Shown here: positions 28,167 through 40,892 of the stretch, one piece after another
How positions within the stretch are numbered: the first letter of the stretch is position 1
Layout of the letters: each line of letters starts with the position of its first letter
Origin: the human T2T-CHM13v2.0 reference genome, Homo sapiens
Length of the DNA stretch: 64,000 bases
Direction: 5' to 3' (one strand)
Assembly (NCBI RefSeq): GCF_009914755.1
Contig: NC_060929.1
Position numbers and translations under genes: made by a program
Notes under the pieces: generated by a model
What the model was told of the DNA's origin: nothing
The model's database searches: none
The model's input: only the letters and a program-made list of their open reading frames with translations

Positions 28167-29069
28167 TATCTTAATAGAATATCATCCTATATTCTATCTA
28201 GTATTTCTGTTTATATTCAATAATTTTTTAAATGTATATAAAACATGAAAAGTATTTAGTTTGCCAAAAACATAAATATATATTTGTATATAATAATATA
28301 AATATATATTTATATATAATGTATATGTATTTGTATAACAAATACATATGTGTGTGTATATATAAATAAAACAATTATCCTCTTATGGTTTATTAAAAAT
28401 TCTGTTTTTCCCAACTGATTCGCAATGCCCAATATGTTGAATATCACACACACCATCTGCAGAGTACATTTGTTTTAGTATTACATATTGCTTTCCATGG
28501 ATATCATCACATTACATAACGCTGTTTCACTATTCCAGCTTAAAAATTCTTATTATTTTTTATTGCTTTAATTGTTCTTGGTAATTTATTTTCCTAAGAT
28601 ATTTATTATAACCGTGAATTTGTAACTAATGTCATGTTGGAGTTATAAAAACACTAGCGTTTAAGAAAGACATTAAGAGGATAGTCTTTTGTTTCTATCT
28701 TTTAGAAAATGATTACATGCACTTATACTTACTTGTGCTGTCTGTCTTGAGTTTAGAGGTAAGAAAGTGCCTATCTATAAAGAATAATTCTTTAATTTTA
28801 TTAGTAAAAGATATAACGCTTATCTGATATGCATTGTTTTTAATTCTGTGAACTTATATAATTTGTTCTATTATCTGTTAGTGAGAAAATAACATTGATA
28901 ATTGTATTTTATATTGAACCATCTTTGCATAGCTGGGATAAACACTAATTGCTAAGGAGGTATTGTAGTATATCATTGCTCTGTTTAATTGTATTTGATA
29001 ATATTTTAATAACTAAATATTTCAATAACTATATATTGATAGAATAATTATAATTAATTTGCTTATATC

Positions 29070-30200
29070 ATCCAGTAGAAACTTGTAAAACTTACAAACT
29101 GACTCTAAAATTTACTTAAACAGCAAACAATAGCTAAATACTTGGAAAAAATAAATTGAGAGGGCTTACTATAAAGTGGCAATAATCAAGATAGTGCCAT
29201 TCTGGCAAAAGTTTAGAAAGATGGATAAAGTGAGGAGAATAATGTCCAAAAGTTAATAAACAGATATACGGCCGACTGATTTGTAACAAGGATATCCAGT
29301 AATTTCATGTCAATATGAAAGTCTTTTTAAGAAATGGTGCTGAAACAATTTAATATCTGTATAATTAAAAATTGACAATTACTGCCGGATGTGGTGGCTC
29401 ACGCCTGTAATCCCAGCACTTTGGGAGGCCAAGGTGGGCGGATCACAAGGTCAGGAGATGGAGATCATCCTGGCTAACACGGTGAAACCCCATCTCTAAG
29501 AAAAATATAAAAACAACAACAAAAAAATTAGCCTGGCTTGGTGGTGGACGCCTGTAGTCCCAGCTACTCTGGAGGCTGAAGCAGGAGAATGGCATGAACT
29601 CAGAAGGCGGAGATGGCAGTGAGTGGATATGGTGCCACTGCACTCCAGCCTGGGCAACAAAGCAAGACTCTGTCTCAAAAAAACAAAAACAAAACAAAAC
29701 AACAACAACAACAAAAACTGACAATTACCCCACAGGATGTACATGAAAATTGAAAATGTATAAGAGATGGAAATATGAGCAGTAAAATAACAAAGCCTCC
29801 AGCAAAAGCATAGGAAAAAGCCATAACAATGATCTTGTGACCTTTGGACAGGTAAATGTTTCTTATAGCATACAACAAGAAAATGAATTAGAAAATATAG
29901 TCTTTGGGGGGAAAAAAAGAAAGACACTTTTGCTCTTTGAAAGCACTTAAAATAAAAAGGCAAGCCACATAATTGGTGGGTTTTGGAAATTTGGAAGTCT
30001 GAATAAGACTTTTGTCATATAAAATATATATACAAATTATATATGTATATGATCTACCTATGTGAGTATATATTATATGTAATATATGCACATACATATA
30101 TAAAATAATTAACTCAGTATTTTTAAAGATACCCACTGTTTAAAACATGACTAAAACATTTAAAGAGATAATTTACAATTGGAGATAAATTATGAAAACC
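29070..30200 (+). mobile_element. Very old L1M ORF2 fragment containing an Alu
   Basis: CTGACTCTAAAATTTAC...TACTATAAAG...AATAATCAAGATAGTG...GTCTTTTTAAGAAATGGTGCTGAAACAATT. Confidence 0.65.
29383..29712 (+). mobile_element. Alu SINE (AluY/Sc8-like)
   Basis: CATCCTGGCTAACACGGTG, GAATGGCATGAAC; TSD AAAAATTGACAATTAC / AAAAACTGACAATTAC. Confidence 0.95.
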
Positions 30201-30224
30201 ATAAACTAATGATAGACAATAGTA

Positions 30225-30293
30225 CTCTTTAGGCTGTTTCCATAGCTTGACTATTATGAATAGTCCTGAAACGAACACAGGAATGCAGATACA

Positions 30294-30331
<38 letters not shown>

Positions 30332-30850
30332 GACATACTCTTTCCTTCCTTTTGGAGATATAACCAGTAGTGGGATTATTGGGTCATATGGTAGTTCTAT
30401 TTTTAGTATTTTGAAGAGCCTTCATACTGTTTTCTATAATGGCTGTACTAATTTACATTCCCACCAGCAGTGCATAAGAGTTCCTCTTTCTCTGCATCCT
30501 TGCCAGCATTCATTTTTTTTCTTTTATTAACAATAGTTTTACTAACTGGAATGAGGCAATATCTCATTGTGGTTTTGATTTGCAGTTCTCAGATGATTAG
30601 TCATTCTGAGCTATATAAAAATATACCTGTTGGCATTTGTACGTCTTCTTTTGAGAAACGTCTATGCAGATCTTTTGCCCAACTTTTAATTGGATTATTT
30701 ACTTTTTATTTATTTATGTTTTTGGCTACTGGGCTGTTTGAGTTCCTTAAATATTCTGGATATTAACATTTGTCAGACTTTGCAAATACTTTCAGTTTTT
30801 GCAAAAACTTGTCAGTTTGCAAATACTTTCTCCCATTCTATATATTGTCT
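30225..30850 (-). mobile_element. L1MA-type ORF2 3' fragment with (AT)n(T)n expansion
   Basis: GGCTGTACTAATTTACATTCCCACCAGCAGTG...ATCTCATTGTGGTTTTGATTTGC. Confidence 0.85.
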
Positions 30851-32272
30851 TTGACATCCTGATTTCATTTCTTAGATAGATAAATACTCAGAAATTGAAT
30901 TGCTGGAAGTAGGATTGCTTACAATGGCATATTACATATGAGAGTTCTCTTTTTAATTGTTTGAGGAATCTCAAAACTGTTTAAATACTGGCTGCACCAT
31001 TTTTACACTCCAACCAACAGTGTGCAAAAGTTCCAATATCTCCAGATACCTGCTAACACTTGTGGATTTTTTTTGTTGTTTTGATAATAGTCATCTTCTT
31101 AGCTATGAGGTGATATCTCATTGTGGTATTTCTCTGATGATTTGTGAGGTTGATCATCTTCGCATATACCTGTTGGCCACATGTCTTTCTTCTTTTGAGA
31201 AATGTCTATTCAGGTTCTTTGCCCAGTTTTAATCAGGTTTTTGTTTGTGTTGTTGTTTCTTTTGTTTTTTGCTATTGAGTTGTATAAGTTTCTTATGTAG
31301 TTTGGAAATTAACTTCTAATCTGATAAATGATTTGCAAATATTTTCTTTGATTCTGTAGGCTGCCTTTTTATTCTGTTGATTGTTTCCTTTACTGTGCAT
31401 AAACATTTTGGTTTGATGTAGTCCCACTTGTGTATTTTTGTTTTTGTTGCCTGTGCTTGGTGTCATATCCATAAAATTATTGTCCAAATAAATGACAAGG
31501 AGCTTTTCCCTGATTTTTTTTTCTAGAAGTTTTATAGTTTTAGGTATAACATTTAAGTAACTAGTTCATTATGAGTTAATTTTTGTGTATGGGATAAGGT
31601 AACGATATTATTTCATTATTTGGCATGTGTAATGCCAACATTTGTTGAATAGACAATTATTTTCCCACTGTTTATTCTTGACAACTCTTTGAAAGATTAG
31701 TTGCCCATATATTCATGAATTTATTTCCAAATTTTCTATTTTATTCCATTTGTCTGTATGTCTGTCTTTATGCCTGTACCATACGGATTTAATACTCTGC
31801 TTTGTAATATATTTTGAATTCAAAAAATTTAGTGCCTCCAGCTTTGCTTGTCTTTCTCAAGATTCTTTTGACTATTCAAGATCTATTGTGGTTCCATATT
31901 AATTTTAAGATTGTTTTTCCTCTCTATAAAAAAATACCATTGGGATTTTGATAGAGGTTTTTGAACATGGATGTATACATTTGTTTGTATCTTCTTTGAT
32001 TTTTTTTCAGAAATATTTTATAATTTTCAATATACAAATATTTCACCTTCTTAGTCAAATTTATTCTCTCTGTTTTACTATTTTACTCTCTCTGTGGCTA
32101 TTGTAAATGAGATTAGTTTTTTTTACTAGAATTTCTTTTTTGAATAGTTCATCGTTAGTGTAGAGAAACACCACTGGTTTTTGTATGTTGATTTTATACC
32201 CTGCAGCTTTACTGAGATTACCTATTCTACCTTTCTTTTTTCATAGAGTCTTTAAAGCTTGTTATATATAGA

Positions 32273-32318
<46 letters not shown>

Positions 32319-32819
32319 GGAACACTTTTACTTCTTTTGTTATAAAGTGGATGTCTTTTACTTCTTTTTCTTGCCTATTTACTTTTACAAAAATTTTTAG
32401 TAACATGTTGAATAAAAGTAGTGAAAGTGGAAGAGTGGAGACCCTTGCATTGTTCCTGATTTTAAAGGAAAGGCTTTAGTTTTTCTCCCTTTTGTATGAT
32501 ATTAGCTGTGGGCTTTTTATATATTGCCTTTGATACATTTTTATCCTTTCCTTCTATGCTTAGTTTGTTGGAAGATTTTATCATGAAACATTATGACATT
32601 TTTGTCTAACAATTTTACTGCATCTATTGAGATGAACATGTAATTTTACTTTTTATTTTGTCAATGTGGTATGTCACATCATCTAATTTGTATGTGGTGA
32701 AACATGCTTTCATCCCATGTATAAATTTCACTTGGTCATGTTGTAATATCATTTTAATGGGCTGTTGAATTTGGTTTGCTAGAATTTTTCAAAAATTTCT
32801 GCATCTATATTCATCAGTA
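30851..32819 (-). mobile_element. Old L1M ORF2, 3' half (non-inverted part of a 5'-inverted element)
   Basis: Continuous antisense ORF2 homology ending at TGCATCTATATTCATCAG. Confidence 0.88.
32275..32314. repeat. (TA)n microsatellite
   Basis: Pure TA run seen directly. Confidence 0.95.
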
Positions 32820-33844
32820 AGTTTTTGCAGGCATGGAATTCAAATTATTATCAATTTAAAGTAACTGTTGCAACTATAATATATTTTATGTAACCCCATG
32901 GTAATCACAAAAAAATACATATACAAATTGTGCCAAAGACAAAGGAGTAAAAGCATATTCATACAAGAAATCAGCAAACAGAAAAGAAGAAAATAAAAGA
33001 GGAGGAAACAGACAAAACATTGTTAATAATAAGACAAAACATTTTTAGATGGCAATAGAAAATCCTTTACTATCAGTAATATTTTAAATATAAAAAAAAC
33101 AAACTAACTTCCCAATTAAAAGACATAGAGTTGCTGAATGGATAAAAACACATAACCCAACTATTAAAGGTCTATTAGAAACTCACTTTAGAACCAGCAC
33201 ACACAAAGGGTGAAAGGGAAGGGATGGAAAAAAGATATTACATGCAAATAGTAACCAAAAAAAAAAAGCACAAAACAGACTTAAAGAAAAAAAATAAACA
33301 ATAACTTCAAGAAACAAATAAGGACATTATATGATAACAATAGGGTCAATTTTCCAGGAAGATATAACAATTACAAATATAGATATACCTAATGTCGAGT
33401 CATCTGAATATATTGAACATGCACTGGCAGATCTGAAGGAGAAAAGACAAAGCAATAAAACCATACTAAAAGACTTTAATACTTCATTTTCAATAAAGGA
33501 TAGGACTTTTAGACAGAAAATCAGTAAGAAAATGGAGCATTTAAACAGCACTCCCCAAATAGACCTAACAAACATACAGATCATTCCATCCAACAACAGA
33601 GAATACACACTTTTCTCAAGTGCACACAAATTATACATTAGGATAGATCATATGTTATGTCCCAAAACAAGTCAATGAATTTGAGAAGATTAAAATTATA
33701 TCCATTAATTTTTATGACCACAATGGAGTGAAACTAAAAATCAATTGCAAAAGGAAAATGGGAAAATTTGAAAACATGGAAATACACTAACATACTGTTA
33801 AACATACAATGGATGAAATGGAAGTAAATGGAAAGAGAAATTGA

Positions 33845-34985
33845 CTAAAAACCACAATGAGATACTGTCTCACACCAGTCATAATAGCTATTACTAAAAA
33901 GACGAAAAATAACAGATGTTCGTGAGAAAAGGGAATACTTATATGCCGTTGGTGGGAATGTAAATTAGTTCAGCCACTGTAAAAAGAAAGCAGTTCTGAG
34001 GTTTTTTGAAGCACTTAAAACAGTACAGTACTACCATTCAACCCAGCAATCCAGTTACTGCGTGTATACTCAAAGGAAAATAATTAATTCCATCAAAAAA
34101 GACGCATGCACTCATATGTTCATTGCAGTACTATTCATGGTAGCAAAGACATGGAGTAAATCATGTTGTCCACTGTGAACTGGATAAGGAAAATGTGATA
34201 CATATACATGATGGAATACTATGAAGCTATAAAAAAGAATGAAATTATGTTATTTGCAGCAACATGGATGCAGTTGGTGGCCATTATCTTAATTATTGCA
34301 GGAACAGAAAACCAAGTACTCCAAGTTCTCACTTATAAGTGGAAGCTAAATACTGAGTACATATGGATGGGAATAAGACACTGGGGACTTCCAAAGAGGG
34401 TAGAGAGTGGGACAATGGTTATAACACATACACCTTTTGTGTATGTGTCAATCTATTTGCGTCACTATAAAAGACCTGTAGCTAGGTAGTTTATAAAGAA
34501 AAGGCATTGAATTGGCTCATGTTTCTGATGGCTGCACAAGCATGGCTTCAGCGCTGGCTTCTGGTGAGGGCCTCAGGAAGCTTACAATCATGGCAGAAGG
34601 CAGTGAGGGAACAGCCATGTCATATATTGACAGCAACAGCAAGAGAGAGAAGGGAAAGGTCCCAGAAGCTTTAAAACAACCAGATCCTACGTGAGCTAAC
34701 TGAAGGAGAATTCACTTATCACCAGGGGAATGGTGCTAAGCTATTCATGAGGGATCTGCCCCCATGATCTAATCACTTCCCACCAGGCCTCAATTCCAAC
34801 CTTGAGAATCACATTTCAACATGAGATTTACAGGGAACAAACATCAAAACCACATCAGGGTACTATGTTCACTACCTGGGTGACAAGGTCTTTTGTACCT
34901 CAAACCTCAGTGCAATAAAATATACCCATGTAATAAACCTGCACACCTACCCCCGAGCCTAAAATAAAAGTTGAATTAAAAAAAA
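33845..34985 (+). mobile_element. L1PA16/17-like 3' end nested in the older L1
   Basis: AAAACCACAATGAGATAC...ATACCCATGTAATAAACCTGCAC...CTAAAATAAAAGTTGAA. Confidence 0.85.
34444..34857 (-). mobile_element. MSTB-like MaLR solo LTR
   Basis: GGCTTCTGGTGAGGGCCTCAGGAAGCTTACAATCATGGCAGAAGGC...AAACCACATCA; TSD GTGTA/GGGTA. Confidence 0.9.
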
Positions 34986-35773
34986 TTAGAAAATATCTGA
35001 GATAAATAAAAATAAAAATACAACATATCAAGCTTATGGGATACAGCATAGGCAATTGTAAGAGGGAGGTATATTATGATAAATGTTTGCATTATAAAAA
35101 GATAAAAATCACAAATGAATAGCCTAGCTTAACATCTCTGGGAAAATAATTGATAAAGATTATAGTGGATGTCATAAAATAAGGAACAGAAAATTAATGA
35201 TAAAAGTCAACAAAACCATGAATTGGTTTCTTGAAAGAATAACAAATTCACAAATCTTTATCTAGATTTCCTTAAAAAGAGGGAGAAGATGAATAAATGA
35301 AAGAAGAAATATTACAACAAATACCACAGAAATAAAAAAGAGCATAAGATATTGCTATGAACAATTATACATCAACAAATTGGATTACCATGAAGAAATA
35401 CATATTCCTAGAAACAGATAATGTACCAAGACAGAATCATGAAGAAATAGAAAGTTGGAACAAACTGTAACTAGTATGGAGATTGAATCATTAATCAAAT
35501 CTCTTTCAAGAAAAACCCAGGCCTGGATGGCTCTACTGGTGAATTCTACCAAACATTTAAAAAATAATTAATGCCAACCTTAACTCTTCCAAAAAAAATT
35601 GCAGAGGAAAGCATATTTCCAAACTCACTTTACGAGGGCAACAATATTCTGATACCAAAGCCAGACAAGGACACCTCAGGAAAAGAAAACTTCAGGTCAA
35701 TATATAAATCTGTCTTAAAATATTAATTTAAAATATGTCTATTTTATTTTCCAGATCATATAGAAAAATCCCT

Positions 35774-36069
<296 letters not shown>

Positions 36070-37317
36070 TAACAGTTTTTAACATAAAGTTTGGTAATAA
36101 TATATAAGAATAAGATAGGGAAATAATAAATTTGTATGTCTCCTAAATTACATTTATTTCCAATACAGAGACAACAATGCTCTTAAATCTTAATAATTGC
36201 CTCACATTAATATGATGTAGAATATCTTTTCATTAAGACTGAAGTCACGATGTGAATAGTCTAATAACTAATAAGACCAGAGTTAAAATTTTAAATATTC
36301 CATGCTGATTTTAAAATATCTGTTAAAAATTCTACTCCTAAATTAGTGGCAGAAGCAAATTGAGAAAATAGTAAAATGTTTTGATTCAGAGAGAGTTTAT
36401 TTACTTTTAATATATGATGACTTTAGTACTTCTGGTGTACGTAGGATTTTGGGACATTGATAATATAGAATAATTAAAGAGGATGATCAAAACGCCATTT
36501 TAAGGACAATAGGAAAATGAATCAAAGTATAACACATACCCATAAAAATACTTTTAGTTGCTCACAATTTTTTCTATAGTATTGTTTTTATATTTCTTAA
36601 AAGAAAAAATGCTTTAAATTTTTTATATAGAGAACTTTGGTGGTTTAAGTTATTTTAATTGTCATATAAAAAAGAAGATAGACACAATGACCTTACAATG
36701 ACTTCCAGCTTTATGCTTCTTTATAGCTTTAGAATAAATATGTCTTGGTTATTGTTCCCTTACAAATAACATGTGGGAGTATGATTGCTGACATTCCATG
36801 CATAGTAATCAAGGTAGTATCTATTTTATGAGGGTGCAGATCTTAATTAAGTTTGATCCAATTGGGTCACCTTAGAAGAATAATTACAAGTCAAAGTGCC
36901 AGTGTTCAAAGTTATACTACTTATAAAATGTTTCTTATTTAATATTATTATAGTTTTCATATTACTATTATCAATATAATTATCTTTGCGCAATAAATAT
37001 TTTTTAAAATTTTATTCACATTTAGGCTGTAACTTATTTTGTTCAATCCTTGGAAAAACACTACTTAATAGATTATCAGAAAAACATGGAATCCCATCAA
37101 AAAAAAAAGAACACATAAACTAGTAGATATTTTGTGATGAACTCTATCTTTTTAACACTATGCAGGATTTGTATTGTATCACATAAGAAAATTTATGAAG
37201 ACATCTTAAATAGCTATTAAAATAAAGTTTATATTGTTAAGATTCATTTTTGAATTTTAAACCGGTAACTTAAAAAAAAGACCCTTTAAAAGATCTTTTT
37301 AACCTGTTCCTTGCAGA

Positions 37318-37363
<46 letters not shown>
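37318..37363. repeat. Compound (TG)n(AG)n microsatellite
   Basis: Seen directly. Confidence 0.95.
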
Positions 37364-38022
37364 TAAAATAGCAAATTATTCAAACTCATTTAGCAACGAA
37401 AATACAAGGTTAATTTAATGTATACACTAATTCCACGTAAGGGCTTCCATAGTCAGCTATCAGATAGAGTAGAAGCAGTAAGGAAGGAGATAAAGATAAG
37501 TAGTGCTCAGAGGGATCAATATAGGCAAATCTCAGAAAATTTTACCAAAACTCCCTTCCTGAAAATGTGGCCCCCTTTAATTTTTCAAAAGACAAGGTAC
37601 AGAAACTAGAGTTAAATCTGGCAGCATAGTCATCTTGGACTTGCTTTATTTTAGAAGCACAAAGTAGGCAGGAATAGGTACAGAATTTCCCAAAGAAGCC
37701 ATACATAAAAGACAAAGAAAATCTTCAGAAATAAAGATGGCCTTTAGGTTAAAAACAATTGGCCTGGAAGAATAATATGTCCTCCACCAAAATAATTTTA
37801 TTTATTGTGAGTACTAAAAATGAGTTTTCATTACATACACACCAAAAATCTCTTGAATAATAATAAGGAACAATGAAATTAGGAAAATAGGAAACCATAT
37901 TAAGCCCATTAGAAGAGGTTATCAGGCAGCAGAGGAAATAAAATATGTTAACAATTACTCCACCTTCAGTTCCAAATCCATAATAAAACAATAGGAAAGA
38001 AATAAATACAAAAGCTTAAATA

Positions 38023-38300
38023 GACCGGGAGTGGTGGCTCACACCTGTAACCCCAGCACTTTGGGAGGCCAAGGTGGGTGGGTCATGAGGTCAAGAGATT
38101 GAGACCATCCTGGCCAACATGATGAAACCCTGTCTATACAAAAAAGTAAAAATTAGCTGGGTGTGGTGGCAGGTGCCTGTAGTCCCAGCTACGCGGGAGG
38201 CCAAGGCAGGAGAATCATTTGAACCTGGGAGAGAGGGGGTGGGTTGCAATGAGCCGAGATCACGCCACTGCACTCCAGCCTGGTGACAGAGCGAGACTAC
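38023..38300 (+). mobile_element. AluSc lacking a poly(A) tail
   Basis: GAGGTCAAGAGATTGAGACCATCCTGGCCAAC diagnostic; ends at GAGCGAGACT with no tail. Confidence 0.93.
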
Positions 38301-38734
38301 AACAGGCAACTATATCCATGAAGGTGAACCATCACAAAACAGAAAAACAAGAATTCAGTAAAAAGTTGAGACCAAAGAACACATGAAAGAGGTAAAGAAA
38401 AAAACACAAAATAAAGACAATGATGTTGAAAGTGTAACAAAGAAACAATAATGTTTAAAACACCATAAGGGACACTTGGATTACAAAATAAAAATCAGTA
38501 GTGAATAAAATAAAATGAAAATGAAGAATTTTAAGATTAAGGAGAATTAATAGAGGTGGAAGGCAAAAACAAAGAAACTAAAAACCCATTCTTCAGGTCT
38601 TTTGAACTCCCCAATTAATCAAATACAAAATAAAATCTAAGAGCAATATAACATATTAATTTGGTATGGCTGTGGAAAAGTGGTGTACTCATCCATTCCT
38701 GGAGATAATGCAAATACATTGTAGCACTGAATTG

Positions 38735-38932
38735 CCTTCAGCAAACTACATCTGTAGACTAACCATTATTTTTGTAAACAATGATTTATTGGAAAACAGC
38801 TATTTCTATTTCGTTATATATTGGCTATGTACAGCCAAGTTTACTGGTTTCAATGAGGGTCATGTGCCCGAAAGTCTAAATTATTTATTGGGTATTGGGT
38901 GGCACTTTAAGAAAAAGGTTGACAACCTCTAA
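38735..38932. mobile_element. MER58A-like hAT-Charlie relic
   Basis: GCAAACTAC...TTTTTGTAAACAATGATTTATTGGAAAACAGC...AGAAAAAGGTTGACAACCTCT. Confidence 0.65.
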
Positions 38933-39268
38933 TTTATAATAAAATTATTAAAATGTGTATTTATACAGGATAATTTAGACAAATTATAGCGTATCTGCAT
39001 GGTAGAATACTATGCATCTGTTAAAAGAGTGACGGTGCTTTTTTGTGCTTTTATGAATAAACCTACATGTTTTTAATGGGCTACTATTTTTGTTAAAATG
39101 AATATAGTAACTGCTACCTATTTGGTTTTATAGCCATAAAGAACATGTAGAATAAAAATAAATATTCCCATAGTAACCACCTGTGGGTGTTAGAGCTTAG
39201 GTGTGGATGAGAACCTGGAAGTTAAGAAAATGGAGTTCCTGTATGCCTTCTAGGACATTTGTTTGTTT

Positions 39269-39721
39269 TGTTACTAAAATACCAGGGGTTTTGTCTAGGT
39301 CCTGCTGTTCACTTCACAGAAAGCCAATCACTGAGACCACAAGTATTGCCAGAAAAGAAGGTTTTAATCGGGTGCTGCAGCCAAGGAGATGGGAGCTCAG
39401 TCTCAAGTCCATTTCCCTGACTAAAACTAGGGGTTTATACAGCAGGGAAGAAATGTTACCATACGTAAGAAAACAAGAACGAGGGAGGAGCAAGGAAGCA
39501 ATAATGATGAATAAGACGTCTGCATCTGGTGCTGTGATTTGGTGATTTTCATTTTTTTAATACAAGTTGCAGTTATTTGATACTTTTTTTGAGAGTACTG
39601 AAGGTCCTGTTCTGAGGAAGGAATTCAGGTAAAACAAATATATTTCAAGCTTTAAGACCAGAATGGTCAATTTCTACATTTATCCAAAAGAACAGTCTAT
39701 GGAACTATTGGGTCAGTTTCA
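39269..39721 (-). mobile_element. ERV1-type solo LTR (subfamily not assigned)
   Basis: TGTTAC...TTTCA termini, 4-bp TSD GTTT, minus-strand ATTAAA and TATA-like motifs. Confidence 0.85.
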
Positions 39722-39796
39722 GTTTTTGAGCCATATATATGTAGTAGCTATACAAAGCTTTAAACAAATTAAATTTGAAAAGTAAAGATTCCTGTG

Positions 39797-40115
<319 letters not shown>

Positions 40116-40744
40116 TAAGGAGTAAAATATGTTATATAGTAATTATTTAGTAAATATTTATTGAAAGTCTCATCATGGTTTATTGGCAAAATGCCTATAC
40201 ATAGAAACAATTAATATTAACATAATAAATTAATGAATAATCTGCTTTGATGAATTCTCTAATATTTGCATTTCTAAGATAAATAGTTAGTATAGTAACT
40301 TGACACTGTTAGTACCAGCTACTATTTTCAAAGATCGTGGTGCTCAGTTAATTACGAAAAGTCACAGAAACCTATTTTGACTGCCTTTTTCAAAATAGCA
40401 GGCCATTTAAATTTTTAAAAAATCCCACTTGGTTTATGTGGTAAGCATCAGTTAATCAGATTTGTTCTCTGCAGTTCCTTTGGCTTATAGAAATATTAAG
40501 AATAATGTCACATTGTCTAAATGTTCTTACCTTTAAATTTTTAATAATATAAGTGTTTGCAAAAATTTGTTTAATGTTTCACTTGTTTTCTACTTTTTAA
40601 TTTACTTATAACTTAAAAGTTGTCAATCATAAATGTACTGAAAATTATCTCAGCTTTCAGAATTATTTCACGTGATGTTTGAATTATTACAGAAGTGCAT
40701 TGAGTAAAAAATATGTTGAGAATTGTAAACTACCTATTTTTCAG

Positions 40745-40892
40745 TGCAGAAAGCTTAACCCCTAACTTCTGTTTTCTCATTACTAGATATAATTAAAATA
40801 CGTACCTAGAAATGTCTTGAATAGAAAACATGAGGTAGTAAATGTACTTAGTATATTGCCTGGCATGTGGTACTTACTCAACAAATGTTAAC
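40745..40892 (+). mobile_element. MIR relic
   Basis: CTGTTTTCTCAT...GTACCT...TGCCTGGCATGTGGTACTTACTCAACAAATGTTA. Confidence 0.6.

Larger units (their letters stand above)
32820..35703 (+). mobile_element. Old L1M inter-ORF and ORF2 endonuclease half (inverted part), interrupted by a younger L1 and an MSTB LTR
   Basis: Track ORF 33331-33678 (GSIFQEDITITNI...DFNT...RIDHML) is L1 endonuclease; segment ends at AAAGAAAACTTCAGGTCAATAT. Confidence 0.88.
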
